Notes: a model not told the origin generated them from the sequence alone. Shown: positions 35,238-46,674, counted from the stretch's first letter. The stretch is DNA of 64,000 nt from Opitutia bacterium Tous-C4FEB (GCA_002304445.1 NEVA01000008.1:53657-117656); one strand, 5' to 3'. Numbers and translations: made by a program.

Positions 35238-38200
35238 GTGAACACCGCCCACCATACCGCCACGCCTGTTTCAGCCGATGAGTCCGCCGCGCCGCCGCTC
35301 GCGCGTCCACCCGGGAAACAAGGCCTCTACGATCCCTCGTTTGAGCACGATGCCTGCGGGGTCGGCTTCGTCGTCGATATGCAGGGCCGGAAATCGCACA
35401 AGATCGTCGCGGACGCGCTCCAAGTTCTCACCAATCTCGACCACCGCGGCGCCGCCGGCAGCGAGCCCAACACCGGTGACGGTGCCGGTATCTTGATTCA
35501 GATGCCGCATAAGTTTTTCGCGGAAGTCTCCAAGACCGCGCGCATCACGCTGCCCGAGGCCGGCCACTACGGCGCAGGGCTCGTTTATCTTCCGCGCAAC
35601 CGCACCGTTCGCCGCAAGGTGGAGGAAGTGTTCGAGCAAGTGGTGCAATCCGAGGGCCAGGTTTTTCTCGGCTGGCGCACCGTGCCCACCGACAACAAGA
35701 GCCTCGGCGAGACGGCCAAGTCGTGCGAACCGTTCATGCGTCAGGTCTTCATCGGCCGCGGTCCCGATATCGCCACCGACCTGGATTTCGAGCGCAAGCT
35801 CTTCGTCATCCGCAAGCGCGCCTACAACGATATCCGCACCTCGACCATCGCCGGTTCCGAGACGTGGTATGTCGCGAGCCTGTCGATGAAGACGCTCGTC
35901 TACAAAGGCATGTTGCTGACCGAGCAGGTCGGCCACTACTTCCCCGATCTCGCGCATCCCGCGATGGAATCGGCGCTCGCGATCGTCCATTCGCGTTTTT
36001 CAACCAACACGTTCCCCAGCTGGGAGCGCGCACATCCCTACCGCTACATCGCGCACAACGGCGAAATCAACACGCTCCGCGGCAACATCAACTGGATGCA
36101 TGCCCGCCAAGCGCTTTTCGACAGCCCCGTCTTCGGCGACGACATCAATAAAATCCTGCCGATCATCAATCCGAACGGCTCCGATTCTTCGATGTTCGAC
36201 AACACGCTCGAACTGCTCGTGCTCGCCGGCCGGCCGCTCGCGCACGCCGTGATGATGATGATCCCCGAGCCATGGTCCAACCACGAGACGATGGAGGACA
36301 ACCGCCGCGCGTTTTACCAATATCACTCGTGCTTGATGGAGCCATGGGACGGCCCCGCCGCCATCGCGTTTACCGATGGCATCCAGATCGGCGGCGTTCT
36401 TGACCGCAACGGCCTGCGTCCCTCGCGCTATTACATCACCAAGGACGGATTCGTCGTCGTGGCCTCCGAGGCCGGGGTGTTGCCGATTCCCGCCGAGGAG
36501 ATCGCCGAAAAGGGCCGCGTGCAGCCGGGCAAGATGTTCCTCGTGGACACCGCGCAAGGCCGCATCATCTCCGACGAGGAGCTGAAGCAGGAAATCTGCA
36601 CGGCGCGTCCCTACCGCCAGTGGCTCAACGAGCACCTCGTGCACCTCAGCGACTTGCCCGAAGCCCCGAAGCATGAGCAGCCGGACCACGTCACGCTCCT
36701 CCAACGTCAGATCGCCTTCGGTTACACCAACGAAGACGAGCGCATCATCCTCGCGCCGATGGCCAAAGACGGCGTCGAAGCCATCGGTTCAATGGGCAAC
36801 GACGCGGCGCTCGCCGTGCTCTCCAACAAGCCGCGTCTGCTCTACGATTACTTCAAGCAGCTCTTCGCGCAGGTCACCAATCCCCCGATCGACGCCATTC
36901 GCGAAGAGATCATCACGTCCTCCGAGACGCGTCTCGGCTCCGAAGGCAACTTGCTCAACCCGCAGCCGACCGCGTGCCGCCGCGTCGAGTTGAAATACCC
37001 GATTCTCACCAACGAGGAGTTTGCGAAAATCCGCCGCACTGATCTGCCCGGCCTGAAGACCGCCGTGTTACCCATTCTTTTCCGCGTCGCGCGCGGCGAG
37101 AAGGGTCTCGCGAAGTCCATGGAAGAACTCTGCATGATGGCCCGCCGCCACATCGAGGAAGAGGAGGTCAACGTCCTCATCCTCTCCGACCGCGGTGTGA
37201 CCAAGGAATTCGCGCCCGTGCCCGCGCTGCTCGCCGTCGCCGGCCTGCACCATTATCTCATCCGCGAAGGTCTCCGCACGCGCGCCTCGCTCGTCGTCGA
37301 AACCGGCGACGCCCGCGAGGTGCATCACTTCTCGTTGCTCATCGGCTACGGCGCGTCGGCGATCAATCCCTACGTGGCGTTTGAGACGATCGACGACATG
37401 ATCAAGGAAGAGCTGATCACCGGCGTCGACCACAAGACCGCGTGCAAGAACCTCGTGAAGGCCGCTTCGAAAGGCGTGGTCAAGGTCATGTCCAAGATGG
37501 GCATTTCCGCGATCCAGAGCTACCGGGGCGCACAGGTCTTCGAGGCCCTCGGGCTCAACCAGTCCGTCGTGGACCACTACTTCACCTGGACGCCCACCCG
37601 CATCGGCGGCATCGGCCTCGATGTCGTCGCTCAGGAAGTCCTTGCCCGCCACCGCGCGGCCTACCCGGACCGCACGGCCAACGCCGCCGTGCTGCCCTCC
37701 GGCGGTCAATACCAGTGGCGCAACGACGGCGAAGCCCATCTCTTCACGCCGGAGTCTATCCATCATCTGCAAAAGGCCGTCCGCACCACGAATTTCGCGA
37801 CGTTCCGCAGTTACTCGAAAATCGTCAACGAACAGGGTACCAAGCTCTGCACGTTGCGCAGTCTGCTCGAGTTCAAGGCTTCGACCGCCGTTCCGATCGA
37901 GGAAGTCGAGTCCGTCGAGGCGATCATGAAGCGCTTCAAGTCCGGCGCCATGTCCTACGGCTCCATCTCCGCCGAGGCGCACGAGACGCTCGCGATCGCG
38001 ATGAACCGCATCGGCGGCAAGTCCAACACCGGCGAAGGCGGCGAAGATCCCGCGCGTTTCATCCCGATGGCCAACGGTGATTCCAAAAACTCCGCCATCA
38101 AGCAGGTCGCCTCCGGCCGCTTCGGCGTCACGAGCGAATACCTCACCAACGCCCAAGAAATCCAAATCAAGATGGCCCAAGGTGCGAAGCCCGGCGAGGG

Positions 38201-39890
38201 CGGCCAGTTGCCCGGCGCCAAGGTGTATCCTTCGATCGCCAAGACCCGAGGCACCACCGCCGGCGTCGGCCTCATCTCGCCACCGCCGCACCACGACATC
38301 TACTCGATCGAAGATCTCGCGGAGCTTATCCACGACCTGAAGAACGCCAACCGCCACGCACGCGTGAGCGTGAAGCTCGTCTCCGAAGTCGGCGTCGGTA
38401 CCATCGCGGCCGGCGTCGCCAAGGCGCACGCCGACGTCGTGCTTATCTCCGGCTATGATGGTGGCACCGGTTCATCGCCGCAGACCTCCATCACGCACGC
38501 CGGTCTCCCGTGGGAACTCGGACTCGCCGAGACCCACCAGACGCTCGTCTTGAACAACCTTCGCTCGCGCATCGCCGTCGAGACTGATGGCCAGCTCAAG
38601 ACCGGCCGCGACGTTATCATGGCCGCGTTGCTCGGCGCCGAGGAGTTCGGTTTTGCGACCGCGCCATTGGTGGCCTCGGGCTGCATCATGATGCGCGTCT
38701 GCCATCTCAATACCTGCCCGGTGGGCGTGGCGTCCCAAGATCCACGGCTCCGCGCTAAATTCGCCGGTAAGCCCGAACACATCGTGAACTTCATGACGTT
38801 CGTTGCCACCGAGGTCCGCGAGCTCATGGCGCAGCTCGGCTTCCGCACCATTGAGGAGATGGTCGGCCGCACCGATCGGCTCGAAGCCCAGCGCGCCGTC
38901 ACGCACTGGAAAGCCAAGGGGCTCGACTTCTCGAAGATCCTTTACTCGCCGGACGTCGGTCCCGAGGTCGGTCGCTTCTGCTCGATCAAGCAGGACCACG
39001 GCCTCGACAAGAGTCTCGACCTCACGACGCTCCTCGGCCTCGCCCAACCCGCCATCGACCGCGGTGAAAAAGTGATCGCCGAGCTGCCGATCAAGAACGT
39101 CAACCGCGTCGTCGGCACCATCACGAGCTACGAGATCACCAAAAAATTCGGCGCCAAGGGTCTGCCCGAGGACACGATCCGCTTCCGTTTCAAGGGCTCC
39201 GCCGGCCAAAGCTTCGGCGCCTTCGTCACGCGCGGCATGACGCTCTCCATCGAGGGCGACGCCAACGACTATTTTGGCAAAGGCCTGTCCGGCGGCAAAC
39301 TCATCGTCCACCCGCCGGCCAACGCCGGCTTCAAGGCCGAAGATAACATCATCATCGGCAATGTGGCCCTTTACGGCGCCACCGCCGGTGAGATCTACGT
39401 CAACGGCCGCGCCGGCGAGCGTTTCGCCGTCCGCAACTCCGGCGTCACCGCCGTGGTTGAGGGCGTGGGCGACCACGGCTGCGAATACATGACCGGTGGC
39501 CGCGTCGTCGTGCTCGGCCCCACCGGCCGGAACTTCGCCGCCGGCATGTCGGGCGGTATCGCCTACGTGCTCGATGAGACGGGCAAGTTCGCTGAGCAGG
39601 CCAACGTCTCGATGGTCGGTCTCGAAAAGGTGGAGACCAAAGCCGAGATCGCCGAACTCCGTGCGATCATCGAGCGCCACGTCGGTTACACCGGCAGCGC
39701 CCGCGGCAAACAGGTGCTCGCGGCCTTCGATTTGTTTTTGCCGAAATTCGTCAAAGTCTTCCCGAAGGACTACAAGCGGATGCTCGGCTGTATCGAAAAA
39801 GCCGAGGCTCAGGGCCTCACCGGCGAAGAAGCCATCATGGCCGCCTTCGAAGAAAACGCCCGCGACCTCTCGCGCGTCGGCGGCAACTGA
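35238..39890 (+). CDS. gltB: Glutamate synthase large subunit
   Basis: GTG 35238 is the first start after the upstream terminator. Features are the Ntn amidotransferase Cys in [14 protein letters not shown], the FMN/3Fe-4S region [16 protein letters not shown], and the C-terminal [11 protein letters not shown]. Confidence 0.93.
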   Translation: MNTAHHTATPVSADESAAPPLARPPGKQGLYDPSFEHDACGVGFVVDMQGRKSHKIVADALQVLTNLDHRGAAGSEPNTGDGAGILIQMPHKFFAEVSKTARITLPEAGHYGAGLVYLPRNRTVRRKVEEVFEQVVQSEGQVFLGWRTVPTDNKSLGETAKSCEPFMRQVFIGRGPDIATDLDFERKLFVIRKRAYNDIRTSTIAGSETWYVASLSMKTLVYKGMLLTEQVGHYFPDLAHPAMESALAIVHSRFSTNTFPSWERAHPYRYIAHNGEINTLRGNINWMHARQALFDSPVFGDDINKILPIINPNGSDSSMFDNTLELLVLAGRPLAHAVMMMIPEPWSNHETMEDNRRAFYQYHSCLMEPWDGPAAIAFTDGIQIGGVLDRNGLRPSRYYITKDGFVVVASEAGVLPIPAEEIAEKGRVQPGKMFLVDTAQGRIISDEELKQEICTARPYRQWLNEHLVHLSDLPEAPKHEQPDHVTLLQRQIAFGYTNEDERIILAPMAKDGVEAIGSMGNDAALAVLSNKPRLLYDYFKQLFAQVTNPPIDAIREEIITSSETRLGSEGNLLNPQPTACRRVELKYPILTNEEFAKIRRTDLPGLKTAVLPILFRVARGEKGLAKSMEELCMMARRHIEEEEVNVLILSDRGVTKEFAPVPALLAVAGLHHYLIREGLRTRASLVVETGDAREVHHFSLLIGYGASAINPYVAFETIDDMIKEELITGVDHKTACKNLVKAASKGVVKVMSKMGISAIQSYRGAQVFEALGLNQSVVDHYFTWTPTRIGGIGLDVVAQEVLARHRAAYPDRTANAAVLPSGGQYQWRNDGEAHLFTPESIHHLQKAVRTTNFATFRSYSKIVNEQGTKLCTLRSLLEFKASTAVPIEEVESVEAIMKRFKSGAMSYGSISAEAHETLAIAMNRIGGKSNTGEGGEDPARFIPMANGDSKNSAIKQVASGRFGVTSEYLTNAQEIQIKMAQGAKPGEGGQLPGAKVYPSIAKTRGTTAGVGLISPPPHHDIYSIEDLAELIHDLKNANRHARVSVKLVSEVGVGTIAAGVAKAHADVVLISGYDGGTGSSPQTSITHAGLPWELGLAETHQTLVLNNLRSRIAVETDGQLKTGRDVIMAALLGAEEFGFATAPLVASGCIMMRVCHLNTCPVGVASQDPRLRAKFAGKPEHIVNFMTFVATEVRELMAQLGFRTIEEMVGRTDRLEAQRAVTHWKAKGLDFSKILYSPDVGPEVGRFCSIKQDHGLDKSLDLTTLLGLAQPAIDRGEKVIAELPIKNVNRVVGTITSYEITKKFGAKGLPEDTIRFRFKGSAGQSFGAFVTRGMTLSIEGDANDYFGKGLSGGKLIVHPPANAGFKAEDNIIIGNVALYGATAGEIYVNGRAGERFAVRNSGVTAVVEGVGDHGCEYMTGGRVVVLGPTGRNFAAGMSGGIAYVLDETGKFAEQANVSMVGLEKVETKAEIAELRAIIERHVGYTGSARGKQVLAAFDLFLPKFVKVFPKDYKRMLGCIEKAEAQGLTGEEAIMAAFEENARDLSRVGGN

Positions 39891-39902
39891 CGGTTCGCCG
39901 CT

Positions 39903-39930
39903 CTCCACCCTCAACTCTCAGCTCTCAACT
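39903..39930 (+). repeat. Tandem heptanucleotide repeat (CTCAACT)n, 4 units
   Basis: Units are CTCCACC CTCAACT CTCAGCT CTCAACT. The array lies in the 49-nt gltB-gltD spacer, 10 nt before the gltD ATG. Confidence 0.85.
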
Positions 39931-39939
39931 TTTCCGATC

Positions 39940-41424
39940 ATGGGCAAACCAACCGGCTTCATCGAATACCTCCGCGAACTCCCCGTCGACCGCTCGCCGC
40001 TCGAACGCACGAAGGACTGGAAGGAGTTCCACGTTCACATGGAGGAAAAGAAACTCCGCAATCAGGGCGCGCGCTGCATGAACTGCGGCGTGCCGTTCTG
40101 CCATACCGGCAAACTTGTCAGCGGCATGGCCAGCGGCTGCCCGATCAACAACCTCATCCCCGAGTGGAACGACCTCATCTATCGCGGTCTCTGGAAAGAA
40201 GCCCTCGACCGTCTGCACAAGACGAACAACTTCCCGGAGTTCACCGGCCGCGTTTGTCCCGCGCCCTGCGAAGGTTCCTGCGTGCTCGGCATCAACAACC
40301 CCGCCGTCACGATCAAGAACATCGAGGCCGCTATCACCGACCGAGGTTGGGACGAGGGTTGGGTGGTTCCGGAGCAGCCCAAGGTCCGCACGGGCAAGAA
40401 AGTCGCCGTCATCGGCTCCGGCCCCGCCGGTCTTTCCTCCGCCGAGCAACTCAACAAGGCCGGCCACACGGTCACGGTCTTCGAGCGCGCCGACCGTCCC
40501 GGCGGCCTACTGATGTATGGCATCCCCAACATGAAGTTGGACAAAAAGGAAGTTGTCCTCCGCCGCATCAAGTTGATGGAAGACTCCGGCATCAAATTCA
40601 TCTGCAACGCCACCGTCGGCGAAAATGTCGAGGCGCAGATCTTCCTGAAAGAATACGACGCCACTGTCATCTGCACCGGGGCCACCAAGCCGCGCGACCT
40701 GCCGATCGAGGGTCGCGACCTGAAGGGCGTGCACTACGCGATGGAGTTTCTCAGCGCCAACACGAAGGCCGTGCTCAACGGCGGCGCCGATCACGCCGCG
40801 ATCCATGCACTCGGCAAGGATGTGATCGTGATCGGCGGCGGCGACACCGGCACCGACTGCGTCGGCACCTCGATGCGCCACGGTTGCAAGAGCATCGTGC
40901 AGATTGAAATCTTGCCCAAGCCACCGCTTGAGCGCACGGCCGACAACCCATGGCCCGAGTGGCCCAAGACCTACAAGATGGACTATGGCCAAGAGGAAGC
41001 CGCCGCGAAATTCGGCGCCGATCCCCGCGTCTATCTCACGACCGTCAAAAAATTCGTCGGCGATGAGGCCGGAAAGCTGAAGGAGATCGTGACCGTCGAA
41101 ATCAAGTGGGAGAAGAACGACAAAGGTCAGTTCATCCCGAAGGAGCAGCCCGGCACGGAAAAGACTCGCCCCGCGCAACTCGTCCTTCTCGCGATGGGTT
41201 TCCTAGGGCCGGAACAGTCGATTCTCAAAGACATCGGCGTCGAAGTGGACGGCCGCACCAACGTGAAAGCCGAGCACGAGAAATACACGACGAACGTCCC
41301 GCGCATCTTTGCCGCCGGCGACTGCCGCCGCGGTCAGAGCCTCGTGGTCTGGGCGATCAACGAAGGCCGTGGCGCCGCGCGTGAAGTCGACCGCTTCCTG
41401 ATGGGTTCGACCGACCTGCCGTAA
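39940..41424 (+). CDS. gltD: Glutamate synthase small subunit (NADPH)
   Basis: [15 protein letters not shown]...[11 protein letters not shown]...[14 protein letters not shown]...[14 protein letters not shown]...[16 protein letters not shown]. Confidence 0.93.
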   Translation: MGKPTGFIEYLRELPVDRSPLERTKDWKEFHVHMEEKKLRNQGARCMNCGVPFCHTGKLVSGMASGCPINNLIPEWNDLIYRGLWKEALDRLHKTNNFPEFTGRVCPAPCEGSCVLGINNPAVTIKNIEAAITDRGWDEGWVVPEQPKVRTGKKVAVIGSGPAGLSSAEQLNKAGHTVTVFERADRPGGLLMYGIPNMKLDKKEVVLRRIKLMEDSGIKFICNATVGENVEAQIFLKEYDATVICTGATKPRDLPIEGRDLKGVHYAMEFLSANTKAVLNGGADHAAIHALGKDVIVIGGGDTGTDCVGTSMRHGCKSIVQIEILPKPPLERTADNPWPEWPKTYKMDYGQEEAAAKFGADPRVYLTTVKKFVGDEAGKLKEIVTVEIKWEKNDKGQFIPKEQPGTEKTRPAQLVLLAMGFLGPEQSILKDIGVEVDGRTNVKAEHEKYTTNVPRIFAAGDCRRGQSLVVWAINEGRGAAREVDRFLMGSTDLP

Positions 41425-41444
41425 CGCGGCGGGTCGGGAGGAAA

Positions 41445-41588
41445 CTAAGACTCCGACGGTTTCTCAGCCGGCGCGTCCGAGGGCCTGCGCTCGGCTTCTA
41501 ACCACGTGGCCTCGGCTTGGTTTTCCAAGTAACCGCCGCGTTCCCAGAGGTCGTAGGCTTTGGTCGCGATCGGCGGCGGGAATTTCAA
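41445..41588 (-). CDS. DUF2934-like small protein (start uncertain; TTG assumed)
   Basis: The C-terminal part ...IATKAYDLWERGGYLENQAEATWLEAERR matches the DUF2934 signature (A...W...G......DW..AE). No ATG is available downstream of the neighbouring gene's stop. Confidence 0.4.
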   Translation of the reverse strand: MKFPPPIATKAYDLWERGGYLENQAEATWLEAERRPSDAPAEKPSES

Positions 41589-41617
41589 GGACCGCGCCCG
41601 TCGCGGCGGATCTGATT

Positions 41618-42757
41618 TTACCGCCCCACGAGGGCGGCGCGGAGATACGGCTCCATCACGTCGGCTTGGCGGACGAAGCCGAGGTCGTTGGGGTGAGAGC
41701 CATCGGTGGTGCCTTCGCCGTCGTCGCCGAGCAGGTTGTCGCCGGGAATGTAGGTGAGGCCGGTGACGCCGGCGGCTTTGAGTTTTTCGAAGCACTCGCG
41801 CAGGGCGGCGTGGTTGGCGGTGTGGTGGGCGTCACGCTTCGGGAGGATCCAAGAGTTGGTGTTGCGCCGGTCCTCGACGAGCACGATGGGCGTCGTGGGA
41901 TGCGCGGCGCGGAGCTGGTTGACGAGCGGGATGCACTTCGCGCGCACGGCGGCGGCGTCCATGTTGGGCAGGCAGTCGATCACGAAGACGGCGGCATCGA
42001 TCTTGATGAGGAGGTCGCCCACGGCTGCGTCCATGCGACCGTTGCCGGAGAAGCCGAGGTTGACGACGGGGCGGTCGAAGCGACGGCCGAGGATCGCGGT
42101 GTGGACCATGCCGGGGCGGGAGGCGCTGGCGCCGTGGTTGATCGAGGTGCCGTAAAATACGATGGGCTTGGCGGCGCGCGGGGCGAGGGGCTCAAACTTT
42201 GCGCCGGGAGGCACGCCGACCGAGAGGCTTTCAACGCCATTGTAGAGCGGGAGGTAGAGCGCGTATTCGCGCAGGCCGGGGGCTAGCTCGCCGACGATCT
42301 GTTGTTTCATGGTTTTCTTGTCGGGGCGGCTGACGCCGGCCCAGCGCCACTGGCCGTTGGGGTCGCGCGCGTAGAGATCGAGGCCGCTGGCACCGATGGG
42401 CGTCATGTTGACGCCGTTGAGTTTCTCTTTGAGCACGGTGATGTCGGCCGAGATGGCGGTGGCGTCGGTTTTGAAGCGGACCATCATGCCGGCGCTGTCG
42501 CGGCTGAGATTCCAGACGGCGGCCGTGACTTTGCCTTCGGCGCTGGCGGGGAAGCGGTCGAACCAACGTTTGCGTTCCATGTCGCCGAAAGCGCGGCCCT
42601 CCGTGCCCCAGGTGGTGACGTCGTGCCATGTGAGTGAAGGCTCGGCCGACGGGGTGGGCGCTGCGGGCGGCGTGGTGGCAGGAGTTTGGGCGAGGGCCGA
42701 CGCGGCGAGCGCGAAGGCGGCGAGCAAGGAAGCCAAGCGGGGGTAAAGCAGGTTCAT
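41618..42757 (-). CDS. Secreted SGNH/GDSL-type hydrolase with an N-terminal beta-sandwich domain
   Basis: Signal MNLLYPRLASLLAAFALAASALA, then IVFYGTSINHGASASRPG (block I-like), LGFSGNG, and the C-terminal DGSHPNDLG (DxxH). Confidence 0.65.
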   Translation of the reverse strand: MNLLYPRLASLLAAFALAASALAQTPATTPPAAPTPSAEPSLTWHDVTTWGTEGRAFGDMERKRWFDRFPASAEGKVTAAVWNLSRDSAGMMVRFKTDATAISADITVLKEKLNGVNMTPIGASGLDLYARDPNGQWRWAGVSRPDKKTMKQQIVGELAPGLREYALYLPLYNGVESLSVGVPPGAKFEPLAPRAAKPIVFYGTSINHGASASRPGMVHTAILGRRFDRPVVNLGFSGNGRMDAAVGDLLIKIDAAVFVIDCLPNMDAAAVRAKCIPLVNQLRAAHPTTPIVLVEDRRNTNSWILPKRDAHHTANHAALRECFEKLKAAGVTGLTYIPGDNLLGDDGEGTTDGSHPNDLGFVRQADVMEPYLRAALVGR

Positions 42758-42870
42758 GGGGAGAATAAGTTGAGCCGAAAATCTCACGGCGGCCCCGGCC
42801 CCGCGCAAGCCTGCGGCGTGCCTTTAGCCTGGCGTTGCACCGGGACGCTGGCTCAGCTCACGCTCAGGTT

Positions 42871-44403
42871 ATGAGCACTTCGGCGCGCCCCACGTTGATC
42901 AACCGTTTCCTTGGCCACGTCGAACGCGCCGGTAACGCCCTCCCGCATCCCGCGACGCTCTTCGTCGCCCTCGCCGGGCTGGTCGTCCTCGTATCGTGGC
43001 TCTGCCACAGTCTGGGCGTCACCGTGACCAATCCCGCCAACGGCAAGGTCGTCGCGGCGGTCAATCTCCTCTCGGTCGAAGGCATGCAGCGGATGATCTT
43101 GGAAGCGACGCGCAACTTCCTCGCCTATCCGCCGCTCGGCGTCTCGCTCGCCTGTCTGCTCGGGATCGGCATCGCCGAATACTCCGGGCTCATGGGTGCG
43201 ATGCTCCGGCTGGTGGTGCTGAAGTCTCCGGCGAAGTGGGTCACGCCGATGGTCGTCTTCGCCGGGGTGATGTCGAATGCCGGCAGCGAGGTCGGCTACG
43301 TGTTACTCATCCCGCTCGCCGCCGCCCTCTATCACGCGCTGGGGCGGCACCCGTTTCTCGGGCTGGCGGCGGCATTTGCCGGGGTCTCGGGCGGTTACAG
43401 TGCCAATCTGCTCGTGGGCTCGGTCGATGTGTTGCTCGCGGGACTCTCCGAGGCGGCGGCGCGGATCGTGGACCCGGCTTACACCGTCAACGCGATGGCC
43501 AACTATTATTTCATGGCGGTCTCGACCTTCATCGTGACGGCGGTCGGCACATGGGTGACGGAGCGCATCGTGGCGCCGCGGCTCGGCGCTTACACCGGCG
43601 CCGCACCGCGCGAGGAGCTGAAGCCGATCGTCGCCGCCGAGCGGCGCGGGCTGTGGGCGGCGGCCGGAGCGACGGTGCTGCTCACGGCAGTCGTGCTCTG
43701 GGGCGTGTTGCCGGAGAAAGGTTTTTTGGTGAACCCCAAGAATCCGGACTTCGCCGCGTCGGCGTTTATGGTGGGGCTGGTGACGTTTATCTTTCTCTAC
43801 GGTTTGCTGCCGGGCATCGCCTACGGCGTGGCGGCCGGGACGATCAAGAGCGACCACGACGTGATGGCGGGGATGAACGGGACGATGAAGTCGATGGCGT
43901 CATTTATCGTGCTCTCGTTTTTCGCGGCGCAGTTTATCGCGTATTTCACGTGGACGAATCTGGGCATCATCACCGCCGTGAGCGGCGCGGAACTGATCTC
44001 GCATCTCGGGCTGCAGGACCTGCCGATTTTACTGATGATCGCTCTGGTGCTGTTTGCCGCGACGGTGAACCTGCTGATCTCGAGTGCCTCGGCGAAATGG
44101 GCGCTGCTCGCTCCGGTGTTCGTGCCGATGTTTATGCTGCTCGGCTACACGCCGGCGCTGGTGCAAGGCGCGTTTCGCGTGGGCGACAGTGTGACGAACA
44201 TCATCACGCCGCTGATGAGTTACTTTCCGCTGATTCTCACGTTCGCGCACAAGTACGATCCGCGCGCGGGTATCGGCACCTTGATCGCGACGATGCTGCC
44301 CTACTCGGTCGCGTTTACGATCGCGTGGACGCTGCTGCTGGTGGGCTGGATCGCGCTCGGCCTGCCGATGGGCCCGGGAGCGCCGTTGGAGTTGGTGAAG
44401 TGA
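42871..44403 (+). CDS. abgT: AbgT family (p-aminobenzoyl-glutamate-type) transporter
   Basis: MSTSARPTLINRFLGHVERAGNALPHPATLF... is the typical AbgT N-terminus. The protein is a 510-aa polytopic transporter. Confidence 0.8.
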   Translation: MSTSARPTLINRFLGHVERAGNALPHPATLFVALAGLVVLVSWLCHSLGVTVTNPANGKVVAAVNLLSVEGMQRMILEATRNFLAYPPLGVSLACLLGIGIAEYSGLMGAMLRLVVLKSPAKWVTPMVVFAGVMSNAGSEVGYVLLIPLAAALYHALGRHPFLGLAAAFAGVSGGYSANLLVGSVDVLLAGLSEAAARIVDPAYTVNAMANYYFMAVSTFIVTAVGTWVTERIVAPRLGAYTGAAPREELKPIVAAERRGLWAAAGATVLLTAVVLWGVLPEKGFLVNPKNPDFAASAFMVGLVTFIFLYGLLPGIAYGVAAGTIKSDHDVMAGMNGTMKSMASFIVLSFFAAQFIAYFTWTNLGIITAVSGAELISHLGLQDLPILLMIALVLFAATVNLLISSASAKWALLAPVFVPMFMLLGYTPALVQGAFRVGDSVTNIITPLMSYFPLILTFAHKYDPRAGIGTLIATMLPYSVAFTIAWTLLLVGWIALGLPMGPGAPLELVK

Positions 44404-44454
44404 GCGTGAGTGTGCGCCTGCGGCGGGGTTCGGTGAACCCACCCTGCACGTCGA

Positions 44455-46059
44455 TCACTTCCGGCGCTGTTCGGGCGGGAGGGACTCGACGAGTTGGTTG
44501 GCCTGGCCGGCGCGTTTTTTCAGGGTGAACGCATCGTAGGGCCGGCCGGTCGCGGTGCGGGCGGTGTAGCGCAACTCGTCGCCGTCCACGGTGATGATTT
44601 GGTAGAGCTGGAGATCTTCGCCGGCGCGCACGGCGAAGCCGTCGCTGGAGATGTCGTACATCTTCGGGCCGCTCACGCTCACGACGTAAACCGTGCCGAT
44701 GGCGGGATCGTAGGCTTGATTGTAGCCGGTGGGCATGTTGGCGGTGCCGACGACGGCGGTTTTGCCGGAGACATCGCCGCTGCGGGCGTAGGTGTGGTCG
44801 TGGCCGGTGAGCACGAGATCGACTTTGAATTCATCGAGGACCGGCTTCCACGCGGCGCGGAGCGCGGGGTTGTCGCGGCCGCGCGCCGGGGAGAAAATCG
44901 GGTGGTGGAAGGTGACGATGGTCCAGCGGTTGGGGTTTTTTGCGAGCACGCTGCGCAGCCACGGCACCTGCTCGGCTTGGAGGCGGTTGGAGTCGAGAGA
45001 GATAATGCGGGCGCCTTGGTAATCGGTGAAGAAACACGTCTCCTCGAGGCCGGCGGGCACACCTTGATCGACGGGCAACGTGAACTGCGGGCGCCAATGG
45101 CCGGAGAGCGTGCGCACACCGGGGTTCTGCGAGCGGTCTTCAAGGGGCTTTTTGTCGGGTTGGATGCCGACGACTTCGGCCGGTTTCCAGCCGGTGATCT
45201 CGGTAAACGCGGCGTCCACGGAGGCAATGAGCTCCTTGTCGTCGAGCATGAGGAGGGTCGTCTTGCCGCCCGGCGCGGTGGCGACGACGCGGGTGGTGCC
45301 GGATGCTTTGTCCTCGGTGGCGGAGATCTTTACGTCGATGGCGGTGCCGTCGCGCTTGGTCCAGCGGCGGTCTGAGGCCGGGCTGGCGCCTTCGTTGAAG
45401 TGCTCGTGGTTGCCGGGAGAAGGGAAGACGGGGATGGTGGCGTTGACCCACGCTGGGGCGCCGAACCACTCGCCCCACTCGGCGTCGCGGTTGGCCCGGT
45501 TGATCAGATCGCCGGCATGAAGCGTGAAGGCGGCGCGGGGCGCATCGCGAAAGGCTTCGCGGAAGACGCGCGACCAGTGGGTTTTGACGTCGTTTTGGGC
45601 GTCGCCGAAATAGACGAAGGTGAAGGGCGCGGCCTCGCGTTTGGCGGTGCGGAAGTGAAACCATTCGGACCAATTGGCGCCGTCGCCGACGCGGTAGGCG
45701 TAGAGCGTATCTGGAGTGAGGCCGGTGAACTCGACGGAGTGGAGGTGGGCCTCGCCGAGATCGGAGGTGAAATCGGCGGTGCGCGCAGGGTGATCGGTGG
45801 CCTTGAGCTTGGAATTGTCGGCGGCGAGAGCGAGTTGGGCCAGACTGCGTTCGACGCTGGTGGCGGTGCGCCAAGTGACGGCCTGAGTGGTCGCGGGATC
45901 GCCGGACCACGTGAGCACGACGCGGTCGGGCAACGGCGTGGCGGCGTGGGCGAGTTTCTCGGCGTAGGGCGTGGGCTTCCAAGCGTGGGTGGCCGCGTCG
46001 TGCGCGAAGGCGAGGCTGGCGGTGAGGAGAGCGGCGCCGGAGCGCAGAAGAGTCTTCAT
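44455..46059 (-). CDS. Secreted metallophosphoesterase (purple-acid-phosphatase-like)
   Basis: Signal MKTLLRSGAALLTASLAFA, with motifs FVYFGDAQND, HAGDLINR, PGNHEH, FHHPIFS and GHDHTY. Confidence 0.8.
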   Translation of the reverse strand: MKTLLRSGAALLTASLAFAHDAATHAWKPTPYAEKLAHAATPLPDRVVLTWSGDPATTQAVTWRTATSVERSLAQLALAADNSKLKATDHPARTADFTSDLGEAHLHSVEFTGLTPDTLYAYRVGDGANWSEWFHFRTAKREAAPFTFVYFGDAQNDVKTHWSRVFREAFRDAPRAAFTLHAGDLINRANRDAEWGEWFGAPAWVNATIPVFPSPGNHEHFNEGASPASDRRWTKRDGTAIDVKISATEDKASGTTRVVATAPGGKTTLLMLDDKELIASVDAAFTEITGWKPAEVVGIQPDKKPLEDRSQNPGVRTLSGHWRPQFTLPVDQGVPAGLEETCFFTDYQGARIISLDSNRLQAEQVPWLRSVLAKNPNRWTIVTFHHPIFSPARGRDNPALRAAWKPVLDEFKVDLVLTGHDHTYARSGDVSGKTAVVGTANMPTGYNQAYDPAIGTVYVVSVSGPKMYDISSDGFAVRAGEDLQLYQIITVDGDELRYTARTATGRPYDAFTLKKRAGQANQLVESLPPEQRRK

Positions 46060-46573
46060 CTTTGGAAATGTGGAGGTGAGACGGGCGAAATGCACGCCCT
46101 CACGGGTGAATTTTGGGTGACGGCAGACGAGCGCCGGAAATGTGCGGCGGGAGATCTGGGGCGAAAGTAGGCGGTCGGAAACGACGATGAGTTTCTGGCC
46201 CTCGCCGGCGGCACTGCGGCGAAAACGGATTATAACCGGTTTCAAACGGGTCGAACTTGACGAGTGAGAGGCAAATGTGATCGGTGGCTAGGATCCGGCG
46301 TTCAAAAGCGGGAGAGGGTAGCAGTGTTCAGCGAAAATCGCGCCGTATGGAAGGAACGATTCGAGCGACGCGAGCCCGCTACCTGCTCGGCTTCACGGTG
46401 ACGGACGAGTTGTCGCTGGCCGTTTCCGCCCGCACTTTGGGCGGTGATGGGCCGTTTTCTGCCATCAGGAACCCCGCCGGCATGAGGGCTGGCTTTTCGG
46501 TACTCCCGGGTAGGGGGCAGGGAGCCTCTTCGCTCCGATAACAAGGCGCACAGACGCTCGGACTCTCGGGTTG

Positions 46574-46620
46574 GGCAAAATAAAAACTTGACGACGATGC
46601 CTAAGACATATTATGTCTTA
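46574..46620 (+). promoter_or_regulatory. Candidate recA promoter with overlapping palindromic operator
   Basis: A-tract AAAATAAAAAC, then TTGACG (46588-46593), then the 9-1-9 palindrome TAAGACATA-T-TATGTCTTA (46602-46620). The palindrome covers -10-like TATTAT/TTATGT hexamers. The recA ATG is at 46675. Confidence 0.5.
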
Positions 46621-46674
46621 CCTATCGTATATTTCGAAACCCAGCAGAACCCTCCGTCCTCATCCCCTTCTCCC

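Noticed and set aside
46602-46620. The recA palindrome, considered as a canonical LexA/SOS box.
   Set aside because: It does not fit the E. coli, Gram-positive, alphaproteobacterial or published Verrucomicrobia (TGTTC-N4-GAACA) motifs. I kept it only as an unassigned operator candidate.
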